From Ignavibacteriota bacterium (GTDB lineage: Bacteria > Bacteroidota > Ignavibacteria > UBA10030 > UBA6906), in the NCBI GenBank assembly GCA_963801355.1, contig CAWDEM010000004.1:608001-672000 (forward strand): 64,000 bases of DNA, given 5' to 3'. Below are positions 38,183 through 47,842 of the stretch, piece by piece; the first letter of the stretch is position 1; each line of letters opens with the position of its first letter. A model generated the notes under the pieces. It ran no database searches. It was not told the DNA's origin and saw only the letters and a program-made list of their open reading frames with translations. The translations under genes were made by a program, and so were the position numbers.

Positions 38183-38365
38183 TTACGAAGTCTTTGGAAC
38201 GACAATCGACCTGCCATTGTAGAAGCCGCAATTAGGGCAGGCTCTGTGCGATAGCCGCTGCGAGTGGCAGTTCGGGCATTCGGAGAGAGTGGGCAATACG
38301 GCTTTGTAGTGCGTACGCCTCTTGCGGCCGCGCGTCTTCGAATGGCGTCGTTTCGGATTCGGCAT
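38183..38365 (-). CDS. rpmF: 50S ribosomal protein L32 (zinc-binding form)
   Basis: [11 protein letters not shown]; CPNC...[10 protein letters not shown]. Confidence 0.96.
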   Translation of the reverse strand: MPNPKRRHSKTRGRKRRTHYKAVLPTLSECPNCHSQRLSHRACPNCGFYNGRSIVVPKTS

Positions 38366-38399
38366 AGCGGAAAATCTCCTTGGTTACGGTACACGCAAT

Positions 38400-38903
38400 T
38401 CAGTTGTGTTTTCCCCCGAGTTCGCGCAAAGGCGCCCAGCGGGCATCCAGCGTTTCGGGGGAACAGCTGCATGACTCTTTGTTCAGATCGGCCCCGCAAC
38501 GGGGGCACAACCCCCTGCATTCATCCTTGCACAAGAGCTTCAACGGTACTGCCAGGAGAACCGTCTGTCGGACGTCCTCCGCCAGATCTATTGCCGGGAG
38601 CCCCGGCGGGATCACCTGAACCTGGGAAGGATCCTGAAGTTCGACGTCCCGGGGATCCCATACGTAATACATCCGGAAGGGGGCCCGCAACGCGAGAGAA
38701 AACGGACTCGTGCAGCGATCACAGGGAAACATCCCCTGTGCGCGCACGTCCGCATCCACATACAACTGCTTTCCGGATTTCTCCAGCATCACGTCAACCT
38801 CGACCTCCCCGCTGAATTCCTTCCCGAGGTCGACGTCCGTCACGGGTTCGCGGAAGCTGAAATGATGAACACCTTCCGAGAGTCCGGCAATCTGTATTTT
38901 CAT
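38400..38903 (-). CDS. yceD: YceD/DUF177 protein
   Basis: CDRC, LCKDECRGLCPRCG and DARW motifs; canonical position before rpmF. Confidence 0.92.
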   Translation of the reverse strand: MKIQIAGLSEGVHHFSFREPVTDVDLGKEFSGEVEVDVMLEKSGKQLYVDADVRAQGMFPCDRCTSPFSLALRAPFRMYYVWDPRDVELQDPSQVQVIPPGLPAIDLAEDVRQTVLLAVPLKLLCKDECRGLCPRCGADLNKESCSCSPETLDARWAPLRELGGKHN

Positions 38904-38921
38904 TGCTCTTCACCAAACAAT

Positions 38922-38946
38922 CAAATGGGGCCCATGGCCCCATTTG
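38922..38946. repeat. Perfect 11-bp inverted repeat in the yceD leader
   Basis: CAAATGGGGCC-CAT-GGCCCCATTTG. Confidence 0.9.
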
Positions 38947-38970
38947 TCAAGTGAACCGAAAAAGTACGAC

Positions 38971-38999
38971 AATATAGCCACAAATACCCTGAGAGTCAA
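38971..38999 (-). promoter_or_regulatory. Sigma-70 promoter of the yceD-rpmF-plsX-fab operon
   Basis: TTGACT-N17-TATATT. Confidence 0.7.
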
Positions 39000-39082
39000 C
39001 CAATGCCGCACCGGTCCCCGCACCCGGAAAGGGGCACATCGCTACCATGTTGTCTCCGGGGCAATCCTCCGGGCCGGCGTGA

Positions 39083-39358
39083 TCACGCCCCGGGAACTGC
39101 GGCTCCCTGGTGCTCCAGCAGGTTGGTCTGCACATGTTCTACGGTCTCCGCCAACGCCTCCCGGAACTTCTCAAAATCCTCTTTATACAGGAAGATTTTG
39201 TGCTTCTCGTACTCATCATCACCTACCCGCTTGCTCTCGGTGATGGTGATATAGAAATCCTTTTCGGACTTGGTCGATTTGACGTCGAAGAAATACGTGC
39301 GTTTGCCGGCCCTCACACGTTTCGTGAAGATTTCATCTTTGTAGCCGTCGTTCTCCAA
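39083..39358 (-). CDS. PUR-family (DUF3276) nucleic-acid-binding protein
   Basis: VRAGKRTYFFDVK, YITITESK and KIFLYKEDF motifs; TTG start after AGGAGG. Confidence 0.88.
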   Translation of the reverse strand: MENDGYKDEIFTKRVRAGKRTYFFDVKSTKSEKDFYITITESKRVGDDEYEKHKIFLYKEDFEKFREALAETVEHVQTNLLEHQGAAVPGA

Positions 39359-39434
39359 GTGAGTCCTCCTCGCAGAGAGAGTTGTTGGTGGATGAAGACT
39401 TGGGTTGTCCGGCGGATGTGCCGGTTCCGTGGCG

Positions 39435-41708
39435 TCAGTGTTTGATAACGGCGACTTTGCCGTTTGCCACAGCGCTTCCATCTTCTGAATAAGTGACAAT
39501 AAGGTATACTCCAGATGATACATCGTTGCCGTTGTTGTCTCTGCCGTCCCAGAATCCTACGAGTCCGCCCGGCGTCCGCACGTCGCGGATGACGGTGCCA
39601 TCCATGGTCATGATCTTCATGGAAGAATTCTCCACCAGGCCGCTCACCGTCATCTGGGTGGCGGCGGGGATATGGAAGGGATTCGGGTAAATTGTCAAAC
39701 CATCAAATGACGCCCTCGGGGCTGCCGCGGCAGTGGTGAGGCTGGCCAGCCCGTACGCGGTACCGAAGTACACCGTGCCGGACTTGCCGTCGACGGCGAT
39801 GGACTTCACGTCGTTGTCCATCAGTTTTCCCGCGGTGTTATCCACGGTATAGGATTCTATGGTGCGGGTGCCGTCGGAGGTCAGGAGAAACACACCCTCG
39901 GTGGTGCCGACCCATTTCTGATTGAGTGGATCGACGGCAATCGTGTTGATCACCAGTCCATTCAGAGGCCTGTAGGCGGCAACACCTCCCGTCCGGCGGG
40001 GGTTGGAGGGATCGAGAATGATGGCGATGCCGCGGTCCGTCCCCACCCAGACATCGTTATCGCGGTCCACGACGATGGTCTTGACTTCGTTGCTCGGCAG
40101 ACCGTCCGTGCTTGAGAGCAGGAATGCCGACGTACTGTCGATGGTGCCGCTGTTGCCGAGCGACAGAACGCCACGGTAGGCAGGATCGCGAACGGTCATC
40201 CAGATATTGTCAAAGGCATCGACGGCAAGGCAACGGTCCACCGGACGATCCATGAGATTCGTGAGCTTCACGCCGCTCACGGTCACCGGGAAGAACTTCC
40301 ATGTGCCCCCGGGCTGCCGTACGATGAGGAGGTTTTTGTCAGCGGCAAGAACAACGGTCATCCAGACGTTGCCCCGGCTGTCACACACGGCGTTGCTCGG
40401 GACCACATAGTTCGGATCGTTGGGAATGCCGATCATGCCGACGTTGCGGCCATAGATCCGCGAAGGGTCGATCTGATTGGAGCCGCGGGGGATTTCCACA
40501 ATGCCGCGGCCATAGGTGCTTGCCCAGACGGACCCGTCGCATCCGATGGACATCCGGTACACTTCGTTTGCCGGCAGGGCGCTGTTGGCGGTCGTGAAGT
40601 TCGTCCACGTCGAACCGTCATACCTGTACAAACCGTATCCGGTGAAATCGCCTGATCCGGCCCAGATCACGCCGTCGGGATCGACAACGATGCTCTGGAA
40701 TGAGCTTCCGTTTGGTCCGTTGGGTGAGTGGGAAATCCAGGATGCGGACAACGTCAACACACCCCCGCCGGTGGACCCGATCACCGCATTCCCGCCCGGA
40801 TCTGCGGCGATAGCGCTTGCCGGGTAGGGAAGTGATTCCCCGATCTGCGTGGCGGACTGTTGTTGGTCCAGCGCGTGCACTGTACGTCCAGCGGTTGCGA
40901 TGAAGAGTGATGCCGGGGAGGCCGCTGTCGCGAGGATGGAATTCGCCGTGGAAACTCCTGCAACCGCAGTCCAACCACCCCCGTCCTCTCTGTAGAGTCC
41001 TGCGCTCGTCCCGGAATAGAGAGCCCCGTTGAACATGGTGAGGGTCCTGGGGACCGTTCCCGGACTCCCGACAACCTGCAGGGTCCACGACTCAGGAGGG
41101 AGAAGATTGGGGTTTGCGAGATCTGCAGATGCGACCGCATTGTTCGTTGTGCCGTCTGAAACGCACGCCCAGAGTCTGCCTGCGTGTATCAGAGCGGCGG
41201 AGACGGCGGTGCGCGTTCCGGCAGGGATGGTGCCGAAACGCGAATACGTATCGCCAAATTCAAATTTGCTCACATGGAAAACCGTCAGCCCAAAATCCGT
41301 GCAGATCAGCGCTGTATCGCCCTGAATGATGATGGCATTGATGCGCTTGTTTGTCTGGTCCCTGGCCATGGCGATGTCGAGGATCGTGCGGATGGAGCCC
41401 GTGGAGGGATCGTAGACATGGATGATCCCGGTGGAGGCACCGGACCAGATATTTCCTGAACCGTCAGCGGCAATCGCGGTGAGATCGATACTGCGCAGCC
41501 CGTCGGCGTTCGTCAGCAATTGGTAGGAGTCGTTGGCAGGGGTCCAATGGAAGAGGCCGCCGGAAGTCGCCGCCCAGAAACCCGAGCCGTCGTTCACGAT
41601 AGCCCGGACATCATACATCGAAGTAAAGTTCTTCCAGATGCCGGTAGCTGCTTGTCCAGTCAGCGCGCCGAGGAGAACCGCCACACATACCACCCACGCA
41701 CGTCTCAT
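39435..41708 (-). CDS. PorZ-like double beta-propeller protein with T9SS CTD/FlgD-like Ig C-terminus
   Basis: Signal peptide; Reg_prop-type repeats (IAVDPLNQKWVGT); IYPNPF...WDGRDNNG...SSGVY...GKVAVIK tail. Confidence 0.75.
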   Translation of the reverse strand: MRRAWVVCVAVLLGALTGQAATGIWKNFTSMYDVRAIVNDGSGFWAATSGGLFHWTPANDSYQLLTNADGLRSIDLTAIAADGSGNIWSGASTGIIHVYDPSTGSIRTILDIAMARDQTNKRINAIIIQGDTALICTDFGLTVFHVSKFEFGDTYSRFGTIPAGTRTAVSAALIHAGRLWACVSDGTTNNAVASADLANPNLLPPESWTLQVVGSPGTVPRTLTMFNGALYSGTSAGLYREDGGGWTAVAGVSTANSILATAASPASLFIATAGRTVHALDQQQSATQIGESLPYPASAIAADPGGNAVIGSTGGGVLTLSASWISHSPNGPNGSSFQSIVVDPDGVIWAGSGDFTGYGLYRYDGSTWTNFTTANSALPANEVYRMSIGCDGSVWASTYGRGIVEIPRGSNQIDPSRIYGRNVGMIGIPNDPNYVVPSNAVCDSRGNVWMTVVLAADKNLLIVRQPGGTWKFFPVTVSGVKLTNLMDRPVDRCLAVDAFDNIWMTVRDPAYRGVLSLGNSGTIDSTSAFLLSSTDGLPSNEVKTIVVDRDNDVWVGTDRGIAIILDPSNPRRTGGVAAYRPLNGLVINTIAVDPLNQKWVGTTEGVFLLTSDGTRTIESYTVDNTAGKLMDNDVKSIAVDGKSGTVYFGTAYGLASLTTAAAAPRASFDGLTIYPNPFHIPAATQMTVSGLVENSSMKIMTMDGTVIRDVRTPGGLVGFWDGRDNNGNDVSSGVYLIVTYSEDGSAVANGKVAVIKH

Positions 41709-41734
41709 ACGCCGGCCCTCGTGCCTCCCCTCCG

Positions 41735-42205
41735 TTACTTCTTCTTCAATTGAGAATGGACCTGGAGGAGTTCCATGGCGCTCATCGCCGCGTCCCACCC
41801 CTTGTTGCCTGCTTTTGCTCCGGCACGCTCAAGTGCCTGTTCGAGGTTGTCAGTTGTCAGGATGCCAAAACCCACGGGAACGCCGGTCTGGAGCGCGATG
41901 TGGCCGAGCCCGCGTGTGACTTCAGCAGCGAGATAGTCGAAATGGGGGGTTTCGCCCCGGATGATACACCCGAGGCAGATCACGGAATCAAAACGTCCCG
42001 AGCTTGCCATCTTGATTGCGACCTGGGGGATTTCAAAGGAACCCGGGACATAGGCGACGGTGAGCGCTGCATCGGTGCAGCCGTGCCGCGTCAAACAATC
42101 GATGGCGCCGTTGAGCAGCTGGGATGTGACCAGCGAATTGAAACGGCTTACCACGATGCCGAAGGTACGGCCTTCAGCAGAAAGTGTGCCTTGAATGACA
42201 TGCAT
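41735..42205 (-). CDS. ribH: 6,7-dimethyl-8-ribityllumazine synthase
   Basis: VSRFN, VPGSFEIP, IRGETPHFDY and GNKG motifs. Confidence 0.96.
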   Translation of the reverse strand: MHVIQGTLSAEGRTFGIVVSRFNSLVTSQLLNGAIDCLTRHGCTDAALTVAYVPGSFEIPQVAIKMASSGRFDSVICLGCIIRGETPHFDYLAAEVTRGLGHIALQTGVPVGFGILTTDNLEQALERAGAKAGNKGWDAAMSAMELLQVHSQLKKK

Positions 42206-42367
42206 GGTTGGATTCCTCATGAGCTCGCGCCGCACAAATCCCGTCGACACCTTCTCGGCAGGGAGACTACACGCCCCCGGCGCCGCAAAGCGCACAAACC
42301 GACATCACTTCCCTATGCAAGGGAATCAGTGAGATACCGGACCGGAGGAGAAAGAACGTGGAATGGG

Positions 42368-43066
42368 CTACAGGTACCTGGTTTTGAATTGCTCATAGTC
42401 GTTGATGATCAGCTTGCCCCTCTCGATTTCGATATGGCCGTCGCGGATGAATGCGTGGATCATCCGGGAGATGGTCTCGCGCGAAGTTCCGGCCATATTC
42501 GCGAGATCCTGCTGCAGGGGCAACTCATCAATTTCAACACGACCCTTACGTATTTTCCCGATGTCGTCTGCAAGCTGAAGGACGACGTTAGCTACGCGTC
42601 CGGCAGCATCTTTCAGCGACAAGCTCTTTATCATTGCGTCCGCCTTGCGCAGGCGCATCGTCAGTTCTTTAAGGAGGGCAATCGCCACCGAGGGGAAATC
42701 GTGGAGGAGCTTGAGAAAATCCCTGCGGTGGATCATGAACAATTCGGATTTCGTGGTGGCAACGACGCTCGCCGACCGTGCAAGACCGTCCAGAATTGCC
42801 ATTTCCCCGAAGAAATCACTTTCCCCCAGAATGGAGAGAATCACTTCCCGTCCGTCATCATCCATTCTGGCAATTTTTACCTTTCCGGAGGCAATGACGA
42901 ACAACGCCGCACCGGCCTCTTCTTCCAGCAGGATGATGCTCCCCTTCTTGTATTTCTTTCGTACTCCGACCTTGGCGATGGTTTCGAGATCCATCGGTTC
43001 AAGGTCGCTCAAGATGGGGACATTCTTCAGGAACTCGATGTCGTCTTTCACTTGGGACGGTGTCAA
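42368..43066 (-). CDS. Crp/Fnr-family transcriptional regulator
   Basis: FFGEMA...RSAS cNMP pocket; HTH GTSRETISR. Confidence 0.93.
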   Translation of the reverse strand: MTPSQVKDDIEFLKNVPILSDLEPMDLETIAKVGVRKKYKKGSIILLEEEAGAALFVIASGKVKIARMDDDGREVILSILGESDFFGEMAILDGLARSASVVATTKSELFMIHRRDFLKLLHDFPSVAIALLKELTMRLRKADAMIKSLSLKDAAGRVANVVLQLADDIGKIRKGRVEIDELPLQQDLANMAGTSRETISRMIHAFIRDGHIEIERGKLIINDYEQFKTRYL

Positions 43067-43110
43067 TGGGGTTTCTGTAAGTGTGACAAAACGACGTCTC
43101 GCGACCCACC

Positions 43111-43139
43111 AATATAGAAGGTGCGCCTTAGAAAGTCAA
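43111..43139 (-). promoter_or_regulatory. Sigma-70 promoter of the crp-like gene
   Basis: TTGACT-N17-TATATT. Confidence 0.7.
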
Positions 43140-43172
43140 GAACAACAACGATTTGGGGCATCCAACCGGGGG

Positions 43173-43796
43173 TTATTCCGCGAGGAGGAGATAGGAAAAG
43201 ACGGCGAAGCCGACCTGCATTGCAGCGAAAGCCCACCCTGAAGCCGTATCGAGCCTGCGGCGTTCATCAAGCAGGGCAGGGTTTCCGGTCGTCAGGTAAG
43301 CGGCGTTTCGGTCATCCGCGGAGATTTTGAGGTATGCGGCAGCAACCCCGGCGGCGACGGCGATACTCCCGCTGGCGTAGAGGGCAACCAGGCGCCCGGT
43401 TTGACCGTTCTCGGTCCGGAGGAGCGGAGAGACCTCCGGCAACGTCGTCAGCCCGAGACGGACGGGCGTCAGAAATGAAAACATGATATGGCGGGCTTCT
43501 CCGGGTGCCAGGACGACGGTCAGCGAATCGCTCCCGGAGAACCAGCTGGCGGGATTCCGGCCCACCACCAGGAGCTTCCGTGTGCCAGAACGGACCGAAT
43601 CGAGCGACAGGGGAGTCACGCCCTTTGCCTGACCATCAATATAGACCGTGGCGCTGTCTGCATCGGCGCTGACGGTAAGCCGCGAAAATGGCGTGACCGA
43701 CGTCGAATCGTCCGGACTGCTTTCAGTCGCGGATCCCATCGCGACGATCAGGCACTGCATCGACATCAGTATCGGCCCAACGCCCGGCAGCTTCAT
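43173..43796 (-). CDS. PEGA-domain protein with C-terminal hydrophobic segments
   Basis: ATVYIDGQAKGVTPL PEGA motif; signal-like N-terminus; two hydrophobic C-terminal helices. Confidence 0.8.
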   Translation of the reverse strand: MKLPGVGPILMSMQCLIVAMGSATESSPDDSTSVTPFSRLTVSADADSATVYIDGQAKGVTPLSLDSVRSGTRKLLVVGRNPASWFSGSDSLTVVLAPGEARHIMFSFLTPVRLGLTTLPEVSPLLRTENGQTGRLVALYASGSIAVAAGVAAAYLKISADDRNAAYLTTGNPALLDERRRLDTASGWAFAAMQVGFAVFSYLLLAE

Positions 43797-44944
43797 TCGC
43801 TTCCTCCGAACGCCTGGATGAGCCGGTCATCAGTCGCCACGATCACGCGGTTCCCTCCGGCGATCGGGGCAGTCTTCACCCGGCCTGAAAGCGTCTCCCG
43901 CCACAGGATCGTGCCGTTGGCCGGGTCGATGGCAATCAGTTCTTTCCGGAGTGTGCCCACGTAGAGGGCGTTGTTCACCGCCAGCACACCGCTATTGATG
44001 GGGGCGTGGATGTCGCATGACCAGGCGATCGCGCCGGTGCGCTGATCAAGGGCAAAAACCGTTCCTCCCGTTGTGCCGAATATGCAGAGGCCGGAATGGA
44101 TCAGCGGAGGAGCATAGACAGACGAACCTGCATCGCGGCGCCAGCGGAGAGATCCATCCGCCAGACGGATGGCATAGACGGTGCCCCGGAGTGTTCCGAC
44201 GAACGCCGTCGAATCGGCGATCGAGGGTGCCGCCTGGATAGCGCCATCCACTTCATACCGCCAGTGGAGAATTCCTGTGCCGGGGTCCAGATCATACACT
44301 GCACCGTCATCGGCGCCGAACACCACATGCTGCAACCAGCCCGCCGGTGAAGAACGGATGCCTTTGAGTGCTATATTGCGCGGGAGCTCAAAACGCCAGA
44401 GCACAACGCCCGTCAGCTTATCAACGGCGAAGAGGGTTCCCTGGGTGTTGCCGACAAAAACGCGCGCATCCATCACCAGGGGCGACGTGTGGATATCCCC
44501 GAGCGATGCCCGCCAGCGTACGGTTCCCTGGACAAGGTCAAAGGCAACAAGTGATTCGTGGGATCCCGCCAGCGGAACGATGGCAAGGTCACGTTCTATC
44601 GCCGGAGTTCCTTCGATGGAAGCCCCCAGCGATACCCAGCCGATCCTTTTTCCCGTGCGCAGATTCAGCGCATACAGCTCACCGCGTAAATTGCCGACAA
44701 AGACGATGCTGTCGACGAGAAGAGGGGATCCCGGACCGGTGGCGGCCGAGATATCGTATTGCCACACCAGCGTCAGCGGCGGCGTGACGGTGACGGGCAG
44801 TGCATTCACCCGCAACGCGGAGCGGGCAAATGTCGGCGTATCCAGTTCGCCGGTGTGCAATGCCAGGGGAAGTCGCAAGCTGCTGCAACCCGCACCGAGG
44901 AGCAGGACACACACACTCAGATTCAGGACAAGGGACCTGGCCAT
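43793..44944 (-). CDS. PQQ-like beta-propeller lipoprotein (BamB-like)
   Basis: Lipobox GAGC; repeated A.D..TG...W blades. Confidence 0.85.
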   Translation of the reverse strand: MARSLVLNLSVCVLLLGAGCSSLRLPLALHTGELDTPTFARSALRVNALPVTVTPPLTLVWQYDISAATGPGSPLLVDSIVFVGNLRGELYALNLRTGKRIGWVSLGASIEGTPAIERDLAIVPLAGSHESLVAFDLVQGTVRWRASLGDIHTSPLVMDARVFVGNTQGTLFAVDKLTGVVLWRFELPRNIALKGIRSSPAGWLQHVVFGADDGAVYDLDPGTGILHWRYEVDGAIQAAPSIADSTAFVGTLRGTVYAIRLADGSLRWRRDAGSSVYAPPLIHSGLCIFGTTGGTVFALDQRTGAIAWSCDIHAPINSGVLAVNNALYVGTLRKELIAIDPANGTILWRETLSGRVKTAPIAGGNRVIVATDDRLIQAFGGSE

Positions 44945-47766
44945 CAGAAATCGTACCCGAAGAAAAATTGGTGGAACATACCGTCCTGAAATCTTGTGAA
45001 GTTGTCTTCAATCCGTTTCCCGACGTCATACCGGAGTACAAGAACGCCGCCGAGATTCAGACGGAGTCCGCCGCCGAGACTCCCGTATGTCTGCTCGTAT
45101 GCGCGATCCCAGGCACTGCCTGCATCAAAGAAGAGCGCGCCGCGGATTGAAAAGAAACTCAGTCCAAAGACGGGGAAGCGGATCGCCAGTTCATCAACAA
45201 AGGGGAAACGCAATTCGTGGCTGGTGAGCCAGAGTTTTTCTCCGCGAATGCTCCATCGGTCGTATCCCCGCAGATCCCAGCTGCCGCCCATGACAAATCT
45301 TCGCGATTCCTTTCCGTGGTTATAGAAGACCCAGAATCGGGAGGCGAAAGCGCTCCGCTGCCCCAGCCGGATGTAGTGACGGTAGTCGGCGATGACGGAA
45401 AAGTAGTTGACGTTTGAGTACTGGATGTCAGTGGTATATGCCAGCATCAGGTTGAAGCGGTTTCCGTCGAGGGGTCCGCTGGGTCCCCAGAGTGAGTTAT
45501 CGTGCGTGAAAGAGAGCGAATTGGAGGTCAGGAGGGCCTTGCGTTCTTCAATTGTGCCGTCGACTTCCCTGTTGGAATTGCTGATGCTGATACCCGATTC
45601 AATCCTGTCAAACTTGGAAATCGGATAGCTCAAAGCGAAGTATCCGCCGAACACGCGCTCGTAGTAGAATTCATCGCGGGCGGTCAGATCGTACCTTCTG
45701 CCTGTGAATCGATAGATGCCGTATGCGTAGCTGGTGCGCTGGCTGAGGGAGATGCGTGAAATGGCAATATTGAAGCTCGACAGAAGTTCATCCTGGGTTT
45801 CCGCCGTATTGTAGAGGAGAAAATAGTATTGTTCATTTCCCAGGACATCGCTCAGCGCAACAAATGCGCCGCCGGATGTGCCGAAAACGGGATCTGTCGA
45901 GATCGCACTCTGCGCGACATCAAGGCTGTACTCTCCCCGGTACTTGGAGTGTTCCCGTTCGTTGTCTCCGCTCAGGCTTCGCGGCTCCCAGGGGGATCCA
46001 TGATGCGCGACATCCATCGCCTTGATGGTCGTTGCGGTGTCCAGAACCGCCTGCACGTGCGGCATCACCTGCAGGTTGAAGCTGAATTTCTCGAATGCCG
46101 TGAACACCAGGTCGCCGGACGATGTCCAGGCCGGGTCGAACGCGGATGTGAGAAATGCGCTTACCCGGGTCATCGTGCGGACTCCCTGCGGGTGAGGGGA
46201 TTGCATGTCCATGACCCAGATGTTGTTCATGCCGTCGGCATTACAGGTGAACGCCAGCTTTGCCCCATCCCGTGACCAGGCGGGGGCGCTCACACTCTCT
46301 TTGCCGTAGGTCAGGTATTCGATGTCATGAGTCGTGATATCATACCGGAAGAGGTTGTAGATCCCTTCCGTGCCAAATGACGTCCGGTCCGAGGTGAAGG
46401 CAATACAGTCACCGTTGGGGGACCATGCAGGATCACGGTCATCGTAGCTGTCGTTGGTCAGCCGGCGGTGTTCCTGTGTGTCGGTGTTCAGAACGTAGAG
46501 GTCGTTTTGGCCGGCGCGATCGATGGCGGCGAAGACAATCTGCCGTCCATCCGGACTCCAGGACACCGATCCGATGCTCACGATCTGAGCGTGTCTGAAG
46601 GTGTTCACCATGGACTCCGTGACGACGTCGTAGAGGTGGAGCACGTCCTGTTCGCCGCTCTTTGTGACGAAGGCGAGAAGACCATCGCCGGACACATCGA
46701 TACGGCTGCGCATCGGATGGAAGGCCTCGAAGGCATCGGTCCGTTCACCCTCAATGATGTTGACTGCCGGTGATTCCGGATCGGGATCGTTCAGGGACTT
46801 TTTGAAGATGCCCGTGTAGCCCGTACGATTGCCCACGAAGTAGACGTCGCGGGTGGTGTCGTGTTCGAACACCACCGGTTTTGCGTTGAAGCCCTCTGTC
46901 ACAAATTTGCGGGTCACACGGCTGGGGGGGTCGGTGTGAGCGAGTAGCGGATAGTATTGCTTCTTGAGAGCGTACAGCCATTCTTCGTCGAATTCCTTGT
47001 ACTTCTTGCCGAGCGTCAGTGCGAAGACATCGTTGAATGAAGATTCCTTCCAGATGTTTTCGAGGAAGAGGAGGACCTTTTCTTCGCCATAGTGCTCTGC
47101 AATATGCATAAGGGCGTTTTGACCTTCTTTGTACATCAGGAACGAGCCGTAGATTCTATCCATGTTGTCGAGTCCGACCACAATACCGTTATGGACCGCA
47201 TCGCGCATCACCATCTCGGCCTGGGTGTCCCATTCGGTGGACCAGTATTCCGCGAGCCCTTCGACAAACCAGAGCGGGGGGTAGCGATCCTGCGTCCTCC
47301 GGTGGTCTGACAGCACGCGGTTCACCTTGCTGTGCATGAACACATGGACGAGTTCATGGCGGATGACGTGCCGGAACTGGGGGAGTGAACCGTCGGATGG
47401 TATGACGACGCGTCCTTTGAGGAACTCGAAGAAGCCGCCTACGCCCTCCGGGATGAATCCCCCGGTGGTATTGGTTTGCTGGAAATGGAGATGGGAGCTG
47501 TAGAAAATCAGCGGGACCCGGTCGCCCAGCGAGTGGTTGAACCGGACCTCAAGGCGTGTGTACGCCTCTTCGGCGAAGAACGCGCCACGCTCGGCGAGGT
47601 CCTTCATATCGGCGTAATAATAGATGTCGAAGTGTTCGGTGCGGAGGACGTGCCAGTCGAAATCGGTGTACTGCACCTTGTTCCTGCCGAAATAGAAGAA
47701 CTGCGCCGGCGCAGTGGAACTGACGGTGAGAAAGAGTACCAGAGTAAAAATGATGGAATGCTTCAT
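44944..47766 (-). CDS. Gluzincin peptidase + PD40 propeller + Omp85 barrel fusion
   Basis: RHELVH...WFVEGLAEY; PD40 repeats (WSPDG, PAWSPNG, PAWSRDG); barrel with DLRGY, ELRFP, FFDAG and terminal GYDF. Confidence 0.85.
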   Translation of the reverse strand: MKHSIIFTLVLFLTVSSTAPAQFFYFGRNKVQYTDFDWHVLRTEHFDIYYYADMKDLAERGAFFAEEAYTRLEVRFNHSLGDRVPLIFYSSHLHFQQTNTTGGFIPEGVGGFFEFLKGRVVIPSDGSLPQFRHVIRHELVHVFMHSKVNRVLSDHRRTQDRYPPLWFVEGLAEYWSTEWDTQAEMVMRDAVHNGIVVGLDNMDRIYGSFLMYKEGQNALMHIAEHYGEEKVLLFLENIWKESSFNDVFALTLGKKYKEFDEEWLYALKKQYYPLLAHTDPPSRVTRKFVTEGFNAKPVVFEHDTTRDVYFVGNRTGYTGIFKKSLNDPDPESPAVNIIEGERTDAFEAFHPMRSRIDVSGDGLLAFVTKSGEQDVLHLYDVVTESMVNTFRHAQIVSIGSVSWSPDGRQIVFAAIDRAGQNDLYVLNTDTQEHRRLTNDSYDDRDPAWSPNGDCIAFTSDRTSFGTEGIYNLFRYDITTHDIEYLTYGKESVSAPAWSRDGAKLAFTCNADGMNNIWVMDMQSPHPQGVRTMTRVSAFLTSAFDPAWTSSGDLVFTAFEKFSFNLQVMPHVQAVLDTATTIKAMDVAHHGSPWEPRSLSGDNEREHSKYRGEYSLDVAQSAISTDPVFGTSGGAFVALSDVLGNEQYYFLLYNTAETQDELLSSFNIAISRISLSQRTSYAYGIYRFTGRRYDLTARDEFYYERVFGGYFALSYPISKFDRIESGISISNSNREVDGTIEERKALLTSNSLSFTHDNSLWGPSGPLDGNRFNLMLAYTTDIQYSNVNYFSVIADYRHYIRLGQRSAFASRFWVFYNHGKESRRFVMGGSWDLRGYDRWSIRGEKLWLTSHELRFPFVDELAIRFPVFGLSFFSIRGALFFDAGSAWDRAYEQTYGSLGGGLRLNLGGVLVLRYDVGKRIEDNFTRFQDGMFHQFFFGYDF

Positions 47767-47807
47767 GGCCGGCCCTGCAAAGAGCTATCCCCGCAACGTG
47801 TACGGGC

Positions 47808-47836
47808 ATTGTAGGAAGTTTCCGGAGAAGAATCAA
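47808..47836 (-). promoter_or_regulatory. Sigma-70 promoter of the Omp85 operon
   Basis: TTGATT-N17-TACAAT. Confidence 0.65.
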
Positions 47837-47842
47837 CCGGTG

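Noticed and set aside
42206-42367. FMN riboswitch upstream of ribH
   Set aside because: Only a small TTCCC/GGGAA hairpin; RFN consensus blocks (AGGGCGGGGTGAAATTCCC, CCGAC) are absent.
43082-43097. CRP autoregulatory site upstream of the crp-like gene
   Set aside because: Only one TGTGA half-site with no TCACA at N6 spacing.
41750-43117. 455-aa plus-strand ORF spanning ribH, the intergenic gap and crp
   Set aside because: Antisense to two well-conserved genes, no recognisable motifs; expected in high-GC DNA with strong codon bias.
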